NCBI GenBank assembly: GCA_965220745.1 | Contig: CBDCQT010000005.1 | Coordinates: 128,001-192,000 of the forward strand | DNA length: 64,000 nucleotides | Direction of reading: 5' to 3' | From: Alphaproteobacteria bacterium | GTDB lineage: Bacteria > Pseudomonadota > Alphaproteobacteria > UBA828 | Shown: piece after piece, positions 31,301-41,232 of the stretch | Layout of the letters: each line of letters starts with the position of its first letter | How positions within the stretch are numbered: the stretch's first letter is position 1 | Notes under the pieces: model-generated | What the model saw: only the letters and a program-made list of their open reading frames with translations | Databases searched by the model: none | Told to the model about the DNA's origin: nothing | Program-made: the position numbers and the translations under genes

Positions 31301-31663
31301 CATGTCGGGCGGGGCCACGAGCTGCAGGAACCGTTCGGCTTCTCGCGCCCATTTCTTGAATAAGGCGTGTGCGTGAGGGGTGATGACCAGCACTGGACCG
31401 GAGGAGAGGCCGGCAGATGAACGCTGGTGAAGGACCGACCAGGCTACGCCCAATGCCACAAAGGTCTTTCCGAGCCCGACTTCGTCGGCAAGCAGAACGA
31501 TCTCCCGTCGGCGTTCGTGATCGGAGTCGTACAGACGCAGCAGTACGGCATCGATGGTACGCTCCTGCCGAGCAGCCGCCGCTTCCACTGCAGAAGAGGA
31601 GGCGTTACCAAGCGCAGAGCGAAGTGAGCAGCACAGGTCAAGTCCATGGGGCCGGACGACCAT
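28397..31663 (-). CDS. SF2 (SNF2-like) helicase, third gene of a three-gene putative defence operon (Azaca ZacC-like)
   Basis: LADEVGLGKT, DEIH, LSATP, QEGIDLH, DLPWNPATLEQRTGRVDR. Confidence 0.85.
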   Translation of the reverse strand: MVVRPHGLDLCCSLRSALGNASSSAVEAAAARQERTIDAVLLRLYDSDHERRREIVLLADEVGLGKTFVALGVAWSVLHQRSSAGLSSGPVLVITPHAHALFKKWAREAERFLQLVAPPDMSFDVEAVSTPHELARALRKRRPTLVIARMSALSGRLHQADTARMAAIHTLLRMDGFDLSLNNRLAMLSDWSYATHESLDLRRSSSAWEAAKSADKVGFDDVHLRVAWRRLEATDPLLCRRMEESWRRVRQGHQKHAAFWKDLREICRAAIGQTVPHHVPLVIVDEIHNWKNHPRSWQRFVHMLGLRIDRLLGLSATPFQLGPHELIQVLNLRSCIQLPPERADFLTKCVSALGADVQAAQAAGESLREFWAEVNTRDVNELERTWTSIDANKGPDALPPRMQNTLSALLNVREAHSCLSRNLRPFMVRHRRDSSHRAWWVGREADPEWSRTSVRRNALRSQPGLDVGGDAELVHYLMMRAVQEQKKGRGSTSLGADLGGSYAFFRDAELRRMLPGNNEEARRYLGFVKHAVSGDTHEHPKVSVTAERAFHAWCNSDKTLVFCFNVATVGSIQAAVNSRIDTHTTNVLTAAFDCTEDQLETRLKNLQRRLYNYRQSVFLLFQDHPFAGPNGRLPRRFTIRENDIRRIAERLARAGPPHDRSRFDRRRVLAATEQTLLSRWEHSAHGLEWLEKVLKPLQLEETISASIQMVSAPDWHSRRREVIEGILRDAEVEALPDDEDIDNSGHRSNPEDVAAWKQVLEGRAGQTTLGPYLGEPHVEVPSLLTRYHSAALASLPARLRALAARMLRRMVRSPGFLARFILNDPSADPHVEDDTVDDNWTSLIHRRYDSAPASGESARARFDAYLETLQKAVGLEEQVSAYQEASRNREVVARVTGAVPSYERDRLFMGFNSPLVPEVLIVTTVGQEGIDLHRECRHVIHHDLPWNPATLEQRTGRVDRIGSKTERLRSNENGDCFLDVVVPYIAGTYDEHRFRVVHGRAHIFDVTMGGKYAVDGHRSVLSPSDSETAGDELGEPGVAWIPVPETIATDLRVHLEAEPTGGGVISAVPASRSGATSRTTGTNRSARQ

Positions 31664-31668
31664 GGCTG

Positions 31669-33789
31669 CTACCGGTCCACATCCAGGTATGCGGAAACAA
31701 CCTCCGTGCGGTCGGTCGGTGAAAGCCCGGCAATCAATTCACTGAGCACAGAGGCGACCTCCGCAATTGCCTCATCTCGTAAAGTGTCGGTGATGCAGTC
31801 TGGCAACTCCGGAAGAACTACGGTCTGAAGCAGGCGCTGCAGTTCTGCAACCTGAAATGCTGTTGCAATTGCTGTCTTGGAAGGTCTGCCCGGTTGCGGA
31901 TCGTGATAGGCGCGCAACGCTTCGCGCGCCAGAGCAACGGGTGACCGATGTCCGAGCAGCGCAGCACGCAGTCCCGTCTCGGTCATTCCGGCGTCGGCCA
32001 GACGATTTCGGATGCCGGGCAGTGCGTGAACGAAATCGCGCACGAGATAACTCAGGATGTCTGTACCAGTAGTATCCTGCTCGTCCTTGGTTGGAATTGG
32101 ATCTATGCTGTGACCGAAACCGCGCGCTTCCACCTCCTCGGCGGGCCGCAGCCCAAGGAACCAGGCAACCAGTGACTGCTCGTCCTCTCTAGAGTGGGTC
32201 TCGACGACTGGGAAAAGGTGCTTCTCTTCGAACACCACCGGCAGGGTTGCACACTTTCCGTCCCACGAGACCTCGGCTTCAAGATCCGGCAGTGCCGGCC
32301 ACGACTGAGCGTCACCATCACCAGACGTCGGTTGGTTCAGCCAAGACGCGCTTAATGTGGTGCTTGCGGAAAAGACGGGCTCCGTGTGGTTGGGAGCAGG
32401 TACCGTCCAAGAATCGAACCAATGTTCTTTTTTTGACAGGCGCGACCGGATGTCTCTCATACGAATAACGACTTTGCCGGGCCAGGCTACGGCATTGCCT
32501 TCGACAGTCAATTCTTCGCGCTTTGCCCGTAGGGAGACGATGAAGGCGGGCCACATTCTGTCCTCGTCGCCGTCAAGGTTCGCAGGGTCGACGACGTACT
32601 CTCCCGGTCGCCCCGTCACCTTTTGCCACGCGGTTCCGATAGACGCTACGTCCTTCAGAGTGGAGGACTGCTCGTGCGGAACCGACCAAAGTATGCCCGC
32701 CTCCACGTTACCGCCACGGACCAGACCGAGACCTTTTCGCGTGAGGTTGAACGAACCAATGGCAAGCCGCGTGGTCTTCGCGCCGATCGCAAGCAAGGCC
32801 TTGGCGTGCAACGGGCGATTTCCTTCCGGGTCCGTTCTGCGGCGCTGGGCGACTTCGTCGAATTCACTGTCTTCGTCGTCCCCTTGGAGCGGACAGCCGT
32901 AACTCGGATCTGCCGCGGCAACCTCTACAGTGGCGCCCTTATCGAGCAGGGCTCTCACGAGTGCCGCGGGGATGGCGGGACGAGCAGTGCCATGTTCGTC
33001 GAGGTCGCAGGGTCCAATCAGCCGCACTGTCTTCCAGCGTCCGCCGCAGAAGCCCTTGAGCGCGGCCGCGACGTCGGAGAGATCATCTCCTGAAGGCCAG
33101 AACGGACTTATGATGGTGAGGCAATCAATCCTGTCTGGGGGGTCCGCAAGGGACGGAAAGCCGTCTTCGGAAGGAAGACCGACGAAGCGGACCAGTTTGT
33201 TTCGGCGCCGCGCCGGGCGAGTTGAGAGCACTGCCCTAATATCTCGGATTTGCCCAGTGAGTTGGCTTGTCGAGGGGCCGATCACATTCTCGAGCCAGTC
33301 CACGGCATCCTGAACCGCTGTTGCCATCTCAGCTGAGGCACCAGGGGCGTGGTCGATAGACGCGGCCACCTCGATGTTGCTCCGATAACCTGAGCCCGTG
33401 AGATTCGCCGAGCCCACCAATAGTCGGACGATCTGGTTTTCGGCTTCTGAGGCGGCCGGCGCGACAAATCGCAAGATGGCGATCTTTGCGTGCAGCTTGG
33501 GGTAGGGCCCTTCGGGTAATGCAAGGAGATCAATGCGCGGAGACCGACGCAGTCCAGGTCTGTATCGACCCGGGTGAAAAAATATCGACACCTCTACATC
33601 CTGTAGCGCGTGCTCTAATTCCAGTCGGAACTCCCTCCCTCGGGCTGGCGCGAGCTGCAAGCCGAGTGCAGTCGGCAGCAGGTCTTCCTCCAGGAAGTCC
33701 GCATCCAGCTCGTAGGTCGTAGCGACCACGCTGGCGAGGCGGTAGCCGAGCGGCGGCTCCCACATCTCAAGAAGCCGGCGGGGATTCAC
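31669..33789 (-). CDS. Phospholipase D-superfamily nuclease with two HxK motifs (ZacB-like)
   Basis: PP.GY.L...VATTY.LD, LHAKI...GSANLT and LHAKA...GSFNLT; GTG start overlaps upstream TGA. Confidence 0.82.
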   Translation of the reverse strand: MNPRRLLEMWEPPLGYRLASVVATTYELDADFLEEDLLPTALGLQLAPARGREFRLELEHALQDVEVSIFFHPGRYRPGLRRSPRIDLLALPEGPYPKLHAKIAILRFVAPAASEAENQIVRLLVGSANLTGSGYRSNIEVAASIDHAPGASAEMATAVQDAVDWLENVIGPSTSQLTGQIRDIRAVLSTRPARRRNKLVRFVGLPSEDGFPSLADPPDRIDCLTIISPFWPSGDDLSDVAAALKGFCGGRWKTVRLIGPCDLDEHGTARPAIPAALVRALLDKGATVEVAAADPSYGCPLQGDDEDSEFDEVAQRRRTDPEGNRPLHAKALLAIGAKTTRLAIGSFNLTRKGLGLVRGGNVEAGILWSVPHEQSSTLKDVASIGTAWQKVTGRPGEYVVDPANLDGDEDRMWPAFIVSLRAKREELTVEGNAVAWPGKVVIRMRDIRSRLSKKEHWFDSWTVPAPNHTEPVFSASTTLSASWLNQPTSGDGDAQSWPALPDLEAEVSWDGKCATLPVVFEEKHLFPVVETHSREDEQSLVAWFLGLRPAEEVEARGFGHSIDPIPTKDEQDTTGTDILSYLVRDFVHALPGIRNRLADAGMTETGLRAALLGHRSPVALAREALRAYHDPQPGRPSKTAIATAFQVAELQRLLQTVVLPELPDCITDTLRDEAIAEVASVLSELIAGLSPTDRTEVVSAYLDVDR

Positions 33790-35090
33790 GATTTGGATTC
33801 CCATGCTCCGACTTCACGCAGCATGCCCGTGAATTGCTCGATTCGATATGGATGCGTCAACTGGTTGCTGTCTGGCCTGGTCGGTCTGTCGTCCAGCGCG
33901 TAACGTGGAACGATCGCTATTTGGTTCCCCCTAATCTCGGCCCAAGGACGCTTTGGTTGTCGCGAGGCGTCCAGCTTGCCCGCCTGCACGCGGTCGTGGT
34001 GCCGAATCAAATTGAGAGCCAGTTCCTCGTCGTTTCGGGAGCGGACTGTGTGTTCGACGGCCAGGGAAAATGCGTGCATCGCTGTGGCTACAGGTCTGGG
34101 TAGTCGATCTTGATGTGCCGTTAGCGCTCTCTGGAGCGCGTCGGCCCGCTGGGCCAGGGATGCGAGTCGCCCCGCAAACTCGATTCCTCTTAACCGCACG
34201 GGTCGGTGGTAACCCGCCGCCAGAATCTGATTGAATCGGTACAGTAAGTCTCGGTGCAAGCCCTCGAATGACAGTGCTACCGTGATAACCGCTGCCAGCT
34301 GATTCGCCAGCGAGTCATGTTGTTTCTTGAGGTGCTTGGCGAGCAGTCGAAACGAGTTGCTATCGGAGGCAGTGGCGCACGTGGCTCGTGTCGCCAATGC
34401 CATTCGCCTATGCGCGTCGGGTTCCAGGAGGGCATCGGCAAGCATTCGCTGCTCGCGCCTTGAGGCGGTTCCGAGGTGCGACGCGCGGCCCCAGTTAATC
34501 AGAACGGAATCGCTGAAAGTAAAATCCTCGCCGCCCACGACGCGAAGCAGACTCTCACGGCTTGGTGTCGCTTTGTGTCGAAGAAAAGCATCGCCTAGTT
34601 CGGCACCCCGGGGCGTGAGCGTGCCAGAATCGCTCTCAATCAGACCCCCTGCCACCAGAGTGACCCAATAGGTACCCACACCACCGACGCCACCCTGATT
34701 GCGCAACATGGGAAACTTCGGTGATCTGATGCCTTCGTCAACGGCGCGTCGAACGTAGGATATCCCTCGAAGCTGGCGCCATGAAGGGTCATTCTCTGCG
34801 GTGCCCTCAGACTTAGCATACATGCCGGTGGCCAGCGCCAGGACACGTTCCCACGCGAGGATTTCCTGGCGGCGCGCCCGTCCTGCTCTCCCGCCGGACG
34901 GTGCCTTCGGCAACTCATCAAGTAACCTTAGGCCGGCGCAAATCCACGAGAGGTATCGGACGCGGGACGTGATCGTAGTAACACCTGGAAGCAGTGCGGT
35001 AGCTATCGCTGTGAAGGGACGCAGCGCTCCAAGAGGATCGATGCTTCCGGAGGCGGCAGCGCGGGGATCCCAGGCGGACACAACGGGCAT
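33786..35090 (-). CDS. DUF6361-like protein (ZacA-like), first gene of the operon
   Basis: DPLG...LLPGVTTITSRVRY motif; ATG at 35090. Confidence 0.65.
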   Translation of the reverse strand: MPVVSAWDPRAAASGSIDPLGALRPFTAIATALLPGVTTITSRVRYLSWICAGLRLLDELPKAPSGGRAGRARRQEILAWERVLALATGMYAKSEGTAENDPSWRQLRGISYVRRAVDEGIRSPKFPMLRNQGGVGGVGTYWVTLVAGGLIESDSGTLTPRGAELGDAFLRHKATPSRESLLRVVGGEDFTFSDSVLINWGRASHLGTASRREQRMLADALLEPDAHRRMALATRATCATASDSNSFRLLAKHLKKQHDSLANQLAAVITVALSFEGLHRDLLYRFNQILAAGYHRPVRLRGIEFAGRLASLAQRADALQRALTAHQDRLPRPVATAMHAFSLAVEHTVRSRNDEELALNLIRHHDRVQAGKLDASRQPKRPWAEIRGNQIAIVPRYALDDRPTRPDSNQLTHPYRIEQFTGMLREVGAWESKS

Positions 35091-35498
35091 TGGGAGAGCG
35101 TTATCGGTCTTCAACGAGCGTCTCCCGATTTGGGCTAGGAGCGGTGCAGAAGGCGGCTTCCTTCGGCTTCGTGGTCGTCTCTCGGCACCATATACTGAGA
35201 ACTTGCACCAGTGTGAGCAAGACACTCTCCGTCCTGGAAGGTGCCCGACACCCACGCCGCGACACGGTGGTCGGCTTTGTCGTCGTGCCGTCGAGCACCC
35301 CGGTTCAGTGATTTGTTCGCTGCATACTTGTGCAAGCTGGCGCTTGCCGATTCATTGCAAGACGAGACGAACGGGCCGACGGGTCGACGCCGTGCCCTTC
35401 GTCCAGCAAAGGGGGTTACCCTTCCCAACCAAGCCAACAGCTCAGCGTACTAGGCGGCGCCAATCCCGGGCGCCGAATCAAGACCAGCCCAAGCCGTG

Positions 35499-36600
35499 TC
35501 AGCATTCCTGGCGCTGCCCGGGCCACTTCCCCGCCATGTCGGCGCGGATGCGTTCCGTCACCTTGCGACCCTCGCTGGTCGAGTCTCGCTCGAACTTCCT
35601 CCCGTCCATGAGGATGACGGGTCCCAGCTCCTGCATGCGCTCGTGCGTGACCTCCTTGCCGGCGAGGTAGGACGGCCGCTCGAAGCCCATCACCTCGACC
35701 ACCCAGGTTCGCTCCTCGCCCTTCCGCCGCGCGTGGATGAGGAAGTCCGGTCGGCACGGCCCTTGCTTCGTGTCTATGTCGAACACTGGCTTCTCCATCG
35801 TGAACTCGGCATCCGGGAATTCCCTGTCCAACATCCACAGCGTCGTCGTGATCGTCGAGAAAGCCTGGCGCTCGTAGTCCGAGTCCACCGGAACCGGGCG
35901 GTGGACCGACACGACGGGCTGCGCCCAGCCCCGCACGCACTCGTATCCGCGCCGCCTGGTGGTCAGCGCCACCACACCGAAGAACAGGTATGGGCCTGAC
36001 ACGTGGCGCCCGCCGATCGTCGGCCGCCTGATCCGCGTGACCACCTCGAGCTCGCGGTACTTGCTGGTTGCCGGCAGGGACCTCTCTCCCACGTGGCGTA
36101 CCGGAAAGCACACGAAGCCTTGCGGCACGTGGCCCTCCGGGAGGTCCCGCGCGGCCTCCCGGACCCGCGCGTGTACGCTCCGCCGGTCCCAGCCAGTGCG
36201 CCACGGAAACAGGAGCCCGTCCAACGGGTGTCCGGGCGCGACCTCCATTGTCTTCGCCGCGGCACGCATGGCATCCATCCACCCACCGATACCCGGTGGG
36301 GGCTCGTTCGCCCGCACCCTCGTGAGGCCGGCCGTCTCCAGCGACAAGTACAAGAGCACCGGCAACGCCGGCAGCCGCCGCCGACCCGGTTCCCTGTCCC
36401 CGTCCTCCTCCGGCGCCCGGAGGGGATCGGTCAGCGTTGTGCCATCCTCGCTGGAGTCCGACGGCGCTGAATTGCAGTCCTTGCGGGCGCGCAGCGCGGC
36501 AAAATATCCCTCCGGCGGCACCCGCGCCGCCCGGCGCCAATTTCTCTTGGCGAGCTCCTAGCGGTTCTCCCGGTAGAAGACGCAATCGGGGTTGCCATCC
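35499..36600 (-). pseudogene. Truncated plasmid-type protein with C-terminal PD-(D/E)xK-like motif
   Basis: RPDFLI...VVEVMG...Y...K..TH; the frame extends upstream through an in-frame TAG (36558-36560) to PDCVFYR. Confidence 0.5.
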
Positions 36601-36749
36601 AGGCATAGCATCGGGGAAGGCATGGCCCATCATTGGTTCAAGCTTCGAAGCATGCGACGTACAGCAATTGGCAACGCTCGATTGAGTCCTTAGCAGCGCT
36701 CTCCGGCTGGGTACCTTCCTCCCCGCGCGACGCCGGCCGGCCGCAACCC

Positions 36750-37625
36750 TCATCCCGCAGCAACCTCGATCATCAAGCGGCAATGGTCGCTCGGGCCCCA
36801 CTCGTCCGCGTGGTTAAGCGCGCGCACCGTCACCCGTTTGTGGAAGCCGCGCGAGGCGATGGCGTAGTCGAGCTGGCGGTTGGCTTCTTTCGGAGGGCGC
36901 CCGTTTCGCACCCACGTCGGCACGTTCTTCGTATCGGGTGGCACGTCAGGCTGCGACCCTGCCGGCGGCTGCCAACCGTCCGGCGCCTGCGGGCCCAGGA
37001 ACTCCAGTCCGAGCGCCGCCACCCGATCCCAGAACGTCTTCTCGCGCTCGGGCAGCGCCAGGGTGCTGCCGGTCGCACCATAGATCATGTTGAGATCACC
37101 GGCCGCGAGAATGCGGTGCCTGGACGGGTCCTCGTGGCCGATGAAGGCCAAGATGTCCGAGAGGATGCGGTGCGCTGACACATCGGGCGCGCCGACCCGC
37201 CACGGCGTATCGGTCGACGGGTGAGGCTTGATGTAACGCGCATACATGGAGACCGCGATGAACGCGTCGTTCGCTGGCCGGCCGCGCGGCCTCACCTTGG
37301 CGGCGGTGATGGTCCCGATGCCGCTGATGGCCATGTCGTGCTCACCCAGCTCGCTGATCGGCGGCACCGCCCTGAACCATTCGACCTCCACCCGGTCGGA
37401 CAACTGCACCACCAGAGACCAGCGGTCGTAGATCGGGCGGCCTTTGTACGGGCGGTCCCTCCAGAATTCGTCGCTTCCATATCGAAGCGGCTGCGCCAGA
37501 TCGGGGGGCGGGTCCCCTGCTTCCTGCAAGAGCGCGACATCGGCCTCCCCTCGCCGCGCCATCTCGACCAGCACGTGCCACGGCTGCTCGCGCCTGAAGA
37601 CATTCCAGCTCACGACCCTGATCAT
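36750..37625 (-). CDS. Endonuclease/exonuclease/phosphatase (EEP) family protein
   Basis: VSWNV, LLQE, AGDLN, QLDY, SDH. Confidence 0.9.
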   Translation of the reverse strand: MIRVVSWNVFRREQPWHVLVEMARRGEADVALLQEAGDPPPDLAQPLRYGSDEFWRDRPYKGRPIYDRWSLVVQLSDRVEVEWFRAVPPISELGEHDMAISGIGTITAAKVRPRGRPANDAFIAVSMYARYIKPHPSTDTPWRVGAPDVSAHRILSDILAFIGHEDPSRHRILAAGDLNMIYGATGSTLALPEREKTFWDRVAALGLEFLGPQAPDGWQPPAGSQPDVPPDTKNVPTWVRNGRPPKEANRQLDYAIASRGFHKRVTVRALNHADEWGPSDHCRLMIEVAAG

Positions 37626-37988
37626 TCGGCTTTGCTCCTTCACGCGGTTGCAGGCTCACTATGCATGGTGCCCGCGTTCGTCTCACGGCTCTCCGGGGTC
37701 GCCATGGTGTTCCGAGGGTGACGCAGGAGCTTCTCGGCGGGCGCAGACCGCGGTGACACTCAAAGCTCGGGCGATCCGCGTCCGCCATAAGGTACATGGG
37801 CGTAACGTAGGCAAAAACGGGCTCCGTCCGGGCCGCGCCGTCTGCCGATGCAGCGCTCGCCGGGTACGCCGCGTTCGTTCGGGAGGCGGGCCGTCCTATG
37901 TCACGACAGGATAGAAGGGCCGTCCCCAGTCCTCGTGCGGGTTATCCATCATCACGTCGACGAAGACCCAAGTATTGATTCCCCATAT

Positions 37989-40895
37989 CTAGTGCCTCGC
38001 CTTCATGGTCGGCTCACGGTTGAGAGATTTCGCCAGCCCGTCGAACAAATCCTTGCTCTCAACTCCCAACAGCTCCGTTGCCAACCTAGAATCGAGCTCC
38101 CTTCTGATCGGATCGGATGAAATGAACGCAAAGCCCTGTAACCTTGCCCGCTTAAGGTCCCGGAAAATACTGACGGCTTTCCGCAATTTCGTCTTGGACA
38201 AAGACTTGACATTCAATACGGGCAACTCTCTGGCTCGTTCATGAGGCACTGCGCTTCTGCCAAGATAGGGGCGATTTGCACTGGCGATTCGCAGCAGAAG
38301 ACCGGGTGTTGAGTTCAGCCACAGGCAAAGCGCTTCCTCTTCGCCAGCTCTACGCACGAGTGGTTTGATGGTAATCCACGATCTGACCCCTATCATGGGT
38401 TCGTCAGTGAGGACGGCTGCTAACCGTTGCGGAGCATGTCCAAGATCGCTCGCTAGATGGAGTCGCCCCATCTCCAGCAACATTGCTTTCTGGTCGCTTT
38501 TCCTCGGGCCCTTTCGTGGCTGAAGTCTCGCGTTCGCTGATACTTCAAGCGTCGTAATGGACTCCGCGCTGTGGTGCCATAGTGCTGGGTGTCCCGCGCG
38601 CGTTGGATCATCAGACTCCACAATGTCAAACAAGCCCTGTTTTGGATTCTTGATCTGCATGTGATAGGGTCCAAGCGTGCATAACTCCCCTAACGACACT
38701 ATAGGAATGTTCCATTTCTTACGTTTGAAGACGAAAACGCTGTTCTTTATCAGCTTGCGAGCAATCTCAATTAAGCGGCCTTGTACGAAAGTCGTGTAGA
38801 TCCAAGGTCCCTCGCCGATTTTGCGTTGCTTAACGGAAGTGAGTTCTCCCCAAACCTGATCTCCCGTCAATATCTCGACTTGTTTGCAACTCGAAGCTGA
38901 GGCGAGCAAGCTTTGGGTTACAGCCATCGCTGAAATCGGATCATCCACATTGCGGCGAAGATTCACGAAATTCGTGGATCCTCTTGCTGACTTTCCCTTC
39001 TGTAGCTTTGTCGCAACTATGAGCACCTCCGCAATTCGAGTCGATTCGGAAAAACTCACAAATCGTCTACCGGGCAAATCCGCGGTCTTGGACCTATACC
39101 GTGCATCGTGACTTGTAATGACCCAATGCAGCTCGTAGTTCTCCAAGAGCATTTGCCGAAGGGGTTCCCAACGACTCCCGGTTGTCAACGTTGCCGGTAG
39201 AACGAAAGCCAAGCGTCCGCCCGCGCCTAAACGCTCATCAGCTAATACCAAAAACGCTGAGCCAAGGCCCGCGTACAAAGACGCGGGTGTGCCAGCTAAC
39301 ATTTTTTGTAGCGTTTGATGCATTCTTTTTGCATCCTTCTTCGAAATCACAGAACCAAATAGAGGATTCCATAAAGTGTTTTCTTCGTCACCCGGACCTC
39401 CCGCCCGGGTGAACGGTGGATTGGCAATTATCAAGTCGACTTTTCGAGGGAAATTAACGATATGCTTTTCCTCTCCATGGCCACTTCGTGTCGAAGCGTC
39501 TCCATGTTCGGGAAATAGTGGCATGGATTGTGCCGTTCCTTTCCCAGGTGCAGACTGAAGAAAATCCAGACTTCCAAGCCTCGCCGTACCGTTTCTGACA
39601 TCATGAGGCATTCGAAAGATGGGCATATCCTTAATGACCTGGCTGCTTTCAGCCATTGAAAGTGTAGCCGCAGTCAAGTGGACCGCTCCGGGTACAACAT
39701 CGTAACCTGCGAGAACCTTCTCAAGCGCTACACGAACAAGTCTTCTGATAGTGCTTGGAAGGTGAACTCCTTCAACTGACCGGCGGTGGTTACGCAGAAG
39801 TTCTTGGAGCACAGCCATCAGTAGCGTGCCAGTTCCGCAGGCAGGGTCTATGACTCGGATACTTCCGATTGCCTTCGGGTCGCTCCAGTCGACTTTTGCC
39901 CAGCGAGAATGGGTTGGATCAAAAGAAAGTCCGGCTAGCATGACTGCTGCAGGGATTGTAGTATAGTTTGTAGCAAGAAATTTTCGAGAATTAAGTAATC
40001 GGTGATAAATGCGCCCCGCAATATCGTGCTGCCGTATCTCACGTCTGGTGGCGATGCTGCGTGCTGCTTGCTTTAGGGGGATAAGCGCGAGAGATGACCA
40101 TTGCGGAGGCATGTCTCTCAGTGTATCGCGAGCGATTGAAAATATTGGCCACCAATTAATCTTGAGTATTTCTCCCCATTGTCGTTGCAACTCGTCAGGC
40201 GCATCATCATAACCCGGCGATGTGATTGTGCGATGCCGGTGCGCGGCCGGGAGGGCGTCTTGGTTTAGGTTCGCCGCAAGTAGTTCGTGGAACAGCAGTG
40301 CGTTGAGCCAGACCAGAGCCATTGCTGCTAACGTTTGCTCGCCCTCCGGCGACTGGATTGTCGGAACGCGCTCTAGGGACTGAACCGCTTCTTCAATAGC
40401 GAGCGAAGCTTGATTTACTGCGTCTTCTACGGAAGATGCACTCGCATGCTGGATCCAATAAGCGTGAAGTGTTTCTGCGAGGGCGGCCACAGTCCCTTCT
40501 TGTTTGATTCCTTGAAGTAGCTTGCCGTCGGCGTCCCTTGCGACTTCTTGAAAGGTGACCTTGCATTTGCGTAGTGCCTTGCGGGCCTCCGGCTCGCTCA
40601 TTCGTTGCAATATGTTTGGGTAGATTACTTCGAACACGGATTCAATCGGGATGCCTCGCCAACGAAGTGGTGTTGACGGGAGTCGCTTTGTGGAGTCCTT
40701 TCGCAGAGTGTGGGCAGGAGAGAATTCAGCTTCTATAGCGACAATGCGGTCGTCAAGATCTACTAGGACGTCGATTTGGTGTCGGCGTCCTGTGGCGTCC
40801 TTCAAGCTCTGTTCAGCCGCGGACGTGTCGAAACCCCGTTCACGAAGGATCGTCGCCAATTCGCCATTGAGCAGTGGTTCAACGGTGTTTCCCAC
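37989..40895 (-). CDS. Fused restriction endonuclease-amino methyltransferase (type IIG/IIL-like)
   Basis: N-terminal QID...IEAE nuclease motif, VIDPACGTG (motif I), IANPPF (motif IV), C-terminal TRD-like region; GTG 40895 with GGAG; visibly lower GC. Confidence 0.85.
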   Translation of the reverse strand: MGNTVEPLLNGELATILRERGFDTSAAEQSLKDATGRRHQIDVLVDLDDRIVAIEAEFSPAHTLRKDSTKRLPSTPLRWRGIPIESVFEVIYPNILQRMSEPEARKALRKCKVTFQEVARDADGKLLQGIKQEGTVAALAETLHAYWIQHASASSVEDAVNQASLAIEEAVQSLERVPTIQSPEGEQTLAAMALVWLNALLFHELLAANLNQDALPAAHRHRTITSPGYDDAPDELQRQWGEILKINWWPIFSIARDTLRDMPPQWSSLALIPLKQAARSIATRREIRQHDIAGRIYHRLLNSRKFLATNYTTIPAAVMLAGLSFDPTHSRWAKVDWSDPKAIGSIRVIDPACGTGTLLMAVLQELLRNHRRSVEGVHLPSTIRRLVRVALEKVLAGYDVVPGAVHLTAATLSMAESSQVIKDMPIFRMPHDVRNGTARLGSLDFLQSAPGKGTAQSMPLFPEHGDASTRSGHGEEKHIVNFPRKVDLIIANPPFTRAGGPGDEENTLWNPLFGSVISKKDAKRMHQTLQKMLAGTPASLYAGLGSAFLVLADERLGAGGRLAFVLPATLTTGSRWEPLRQMLLENYELHWVITSHDARYRSKTADLPGRRFVSFSESTRIAEVLIVATKLQKGKSARGSTNFVNLRRNVDDPISAMAVTQSLLASASSCKQVEILTGDQVWGELTSVKQRKIGEGPWIYTTFVQGRLIEIARKLIKNSVFVFKRKKWNIPIVSLGELCTLGPYHMQIKNPKQGLFDIVESDDPTRAGHPALWHHSAESITTLEVSANARLQPRKGPRKSDQKAMLLEMGRLHLASDLGHAPQRLAAVLTDEPMIGVRSWITIKPLVRRAGEEEALCLWLNSTPGLLLRIASANRPYLGRSAVPHERARELPVLNVKSLSKTKLRKAVSIFRDLKRARLQGFAFISSDPIRRELDSRLATELLGVESKDLFDGLAKSLNREPTMKARH

Positions 40896-41232
40896 GACTT
40901 GTCTCCAAAGCTGATTTGAAAGAGCATAGCGAATCGGCGTCAAACGGACCAATTTCAGAACAGCTATAGCGTACCAGCGTACTTTACTGAAGGAGGAGGT
41001 ATGAGGACGGCGAAGCCTCTGATACAGCAGTAACTGGAACAAGTCTTCCCTGTGCTGCATCGGCGCGTGAGCGCTGCCTTCTCCGGGTGATGTTACATCT
41101 GCCTCGTATCTGGGCTGTCGGAGAAGCTTCCCCACCACGGGCAGGTTCTTGCCTGGGAACGGCGCCCCGCCTCGACAGCATGACCCGGCGGCACGCGCGG
41201 ACGCGGCAGTCTGCGCCTACGGCGTTCCACGT

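Noticed and set aside
28397-35090. DISARM or Mokosh
   Set aside because: No DUF1998 protein or linked methylase in the operon, and no kinase/RNA-helicase architecture
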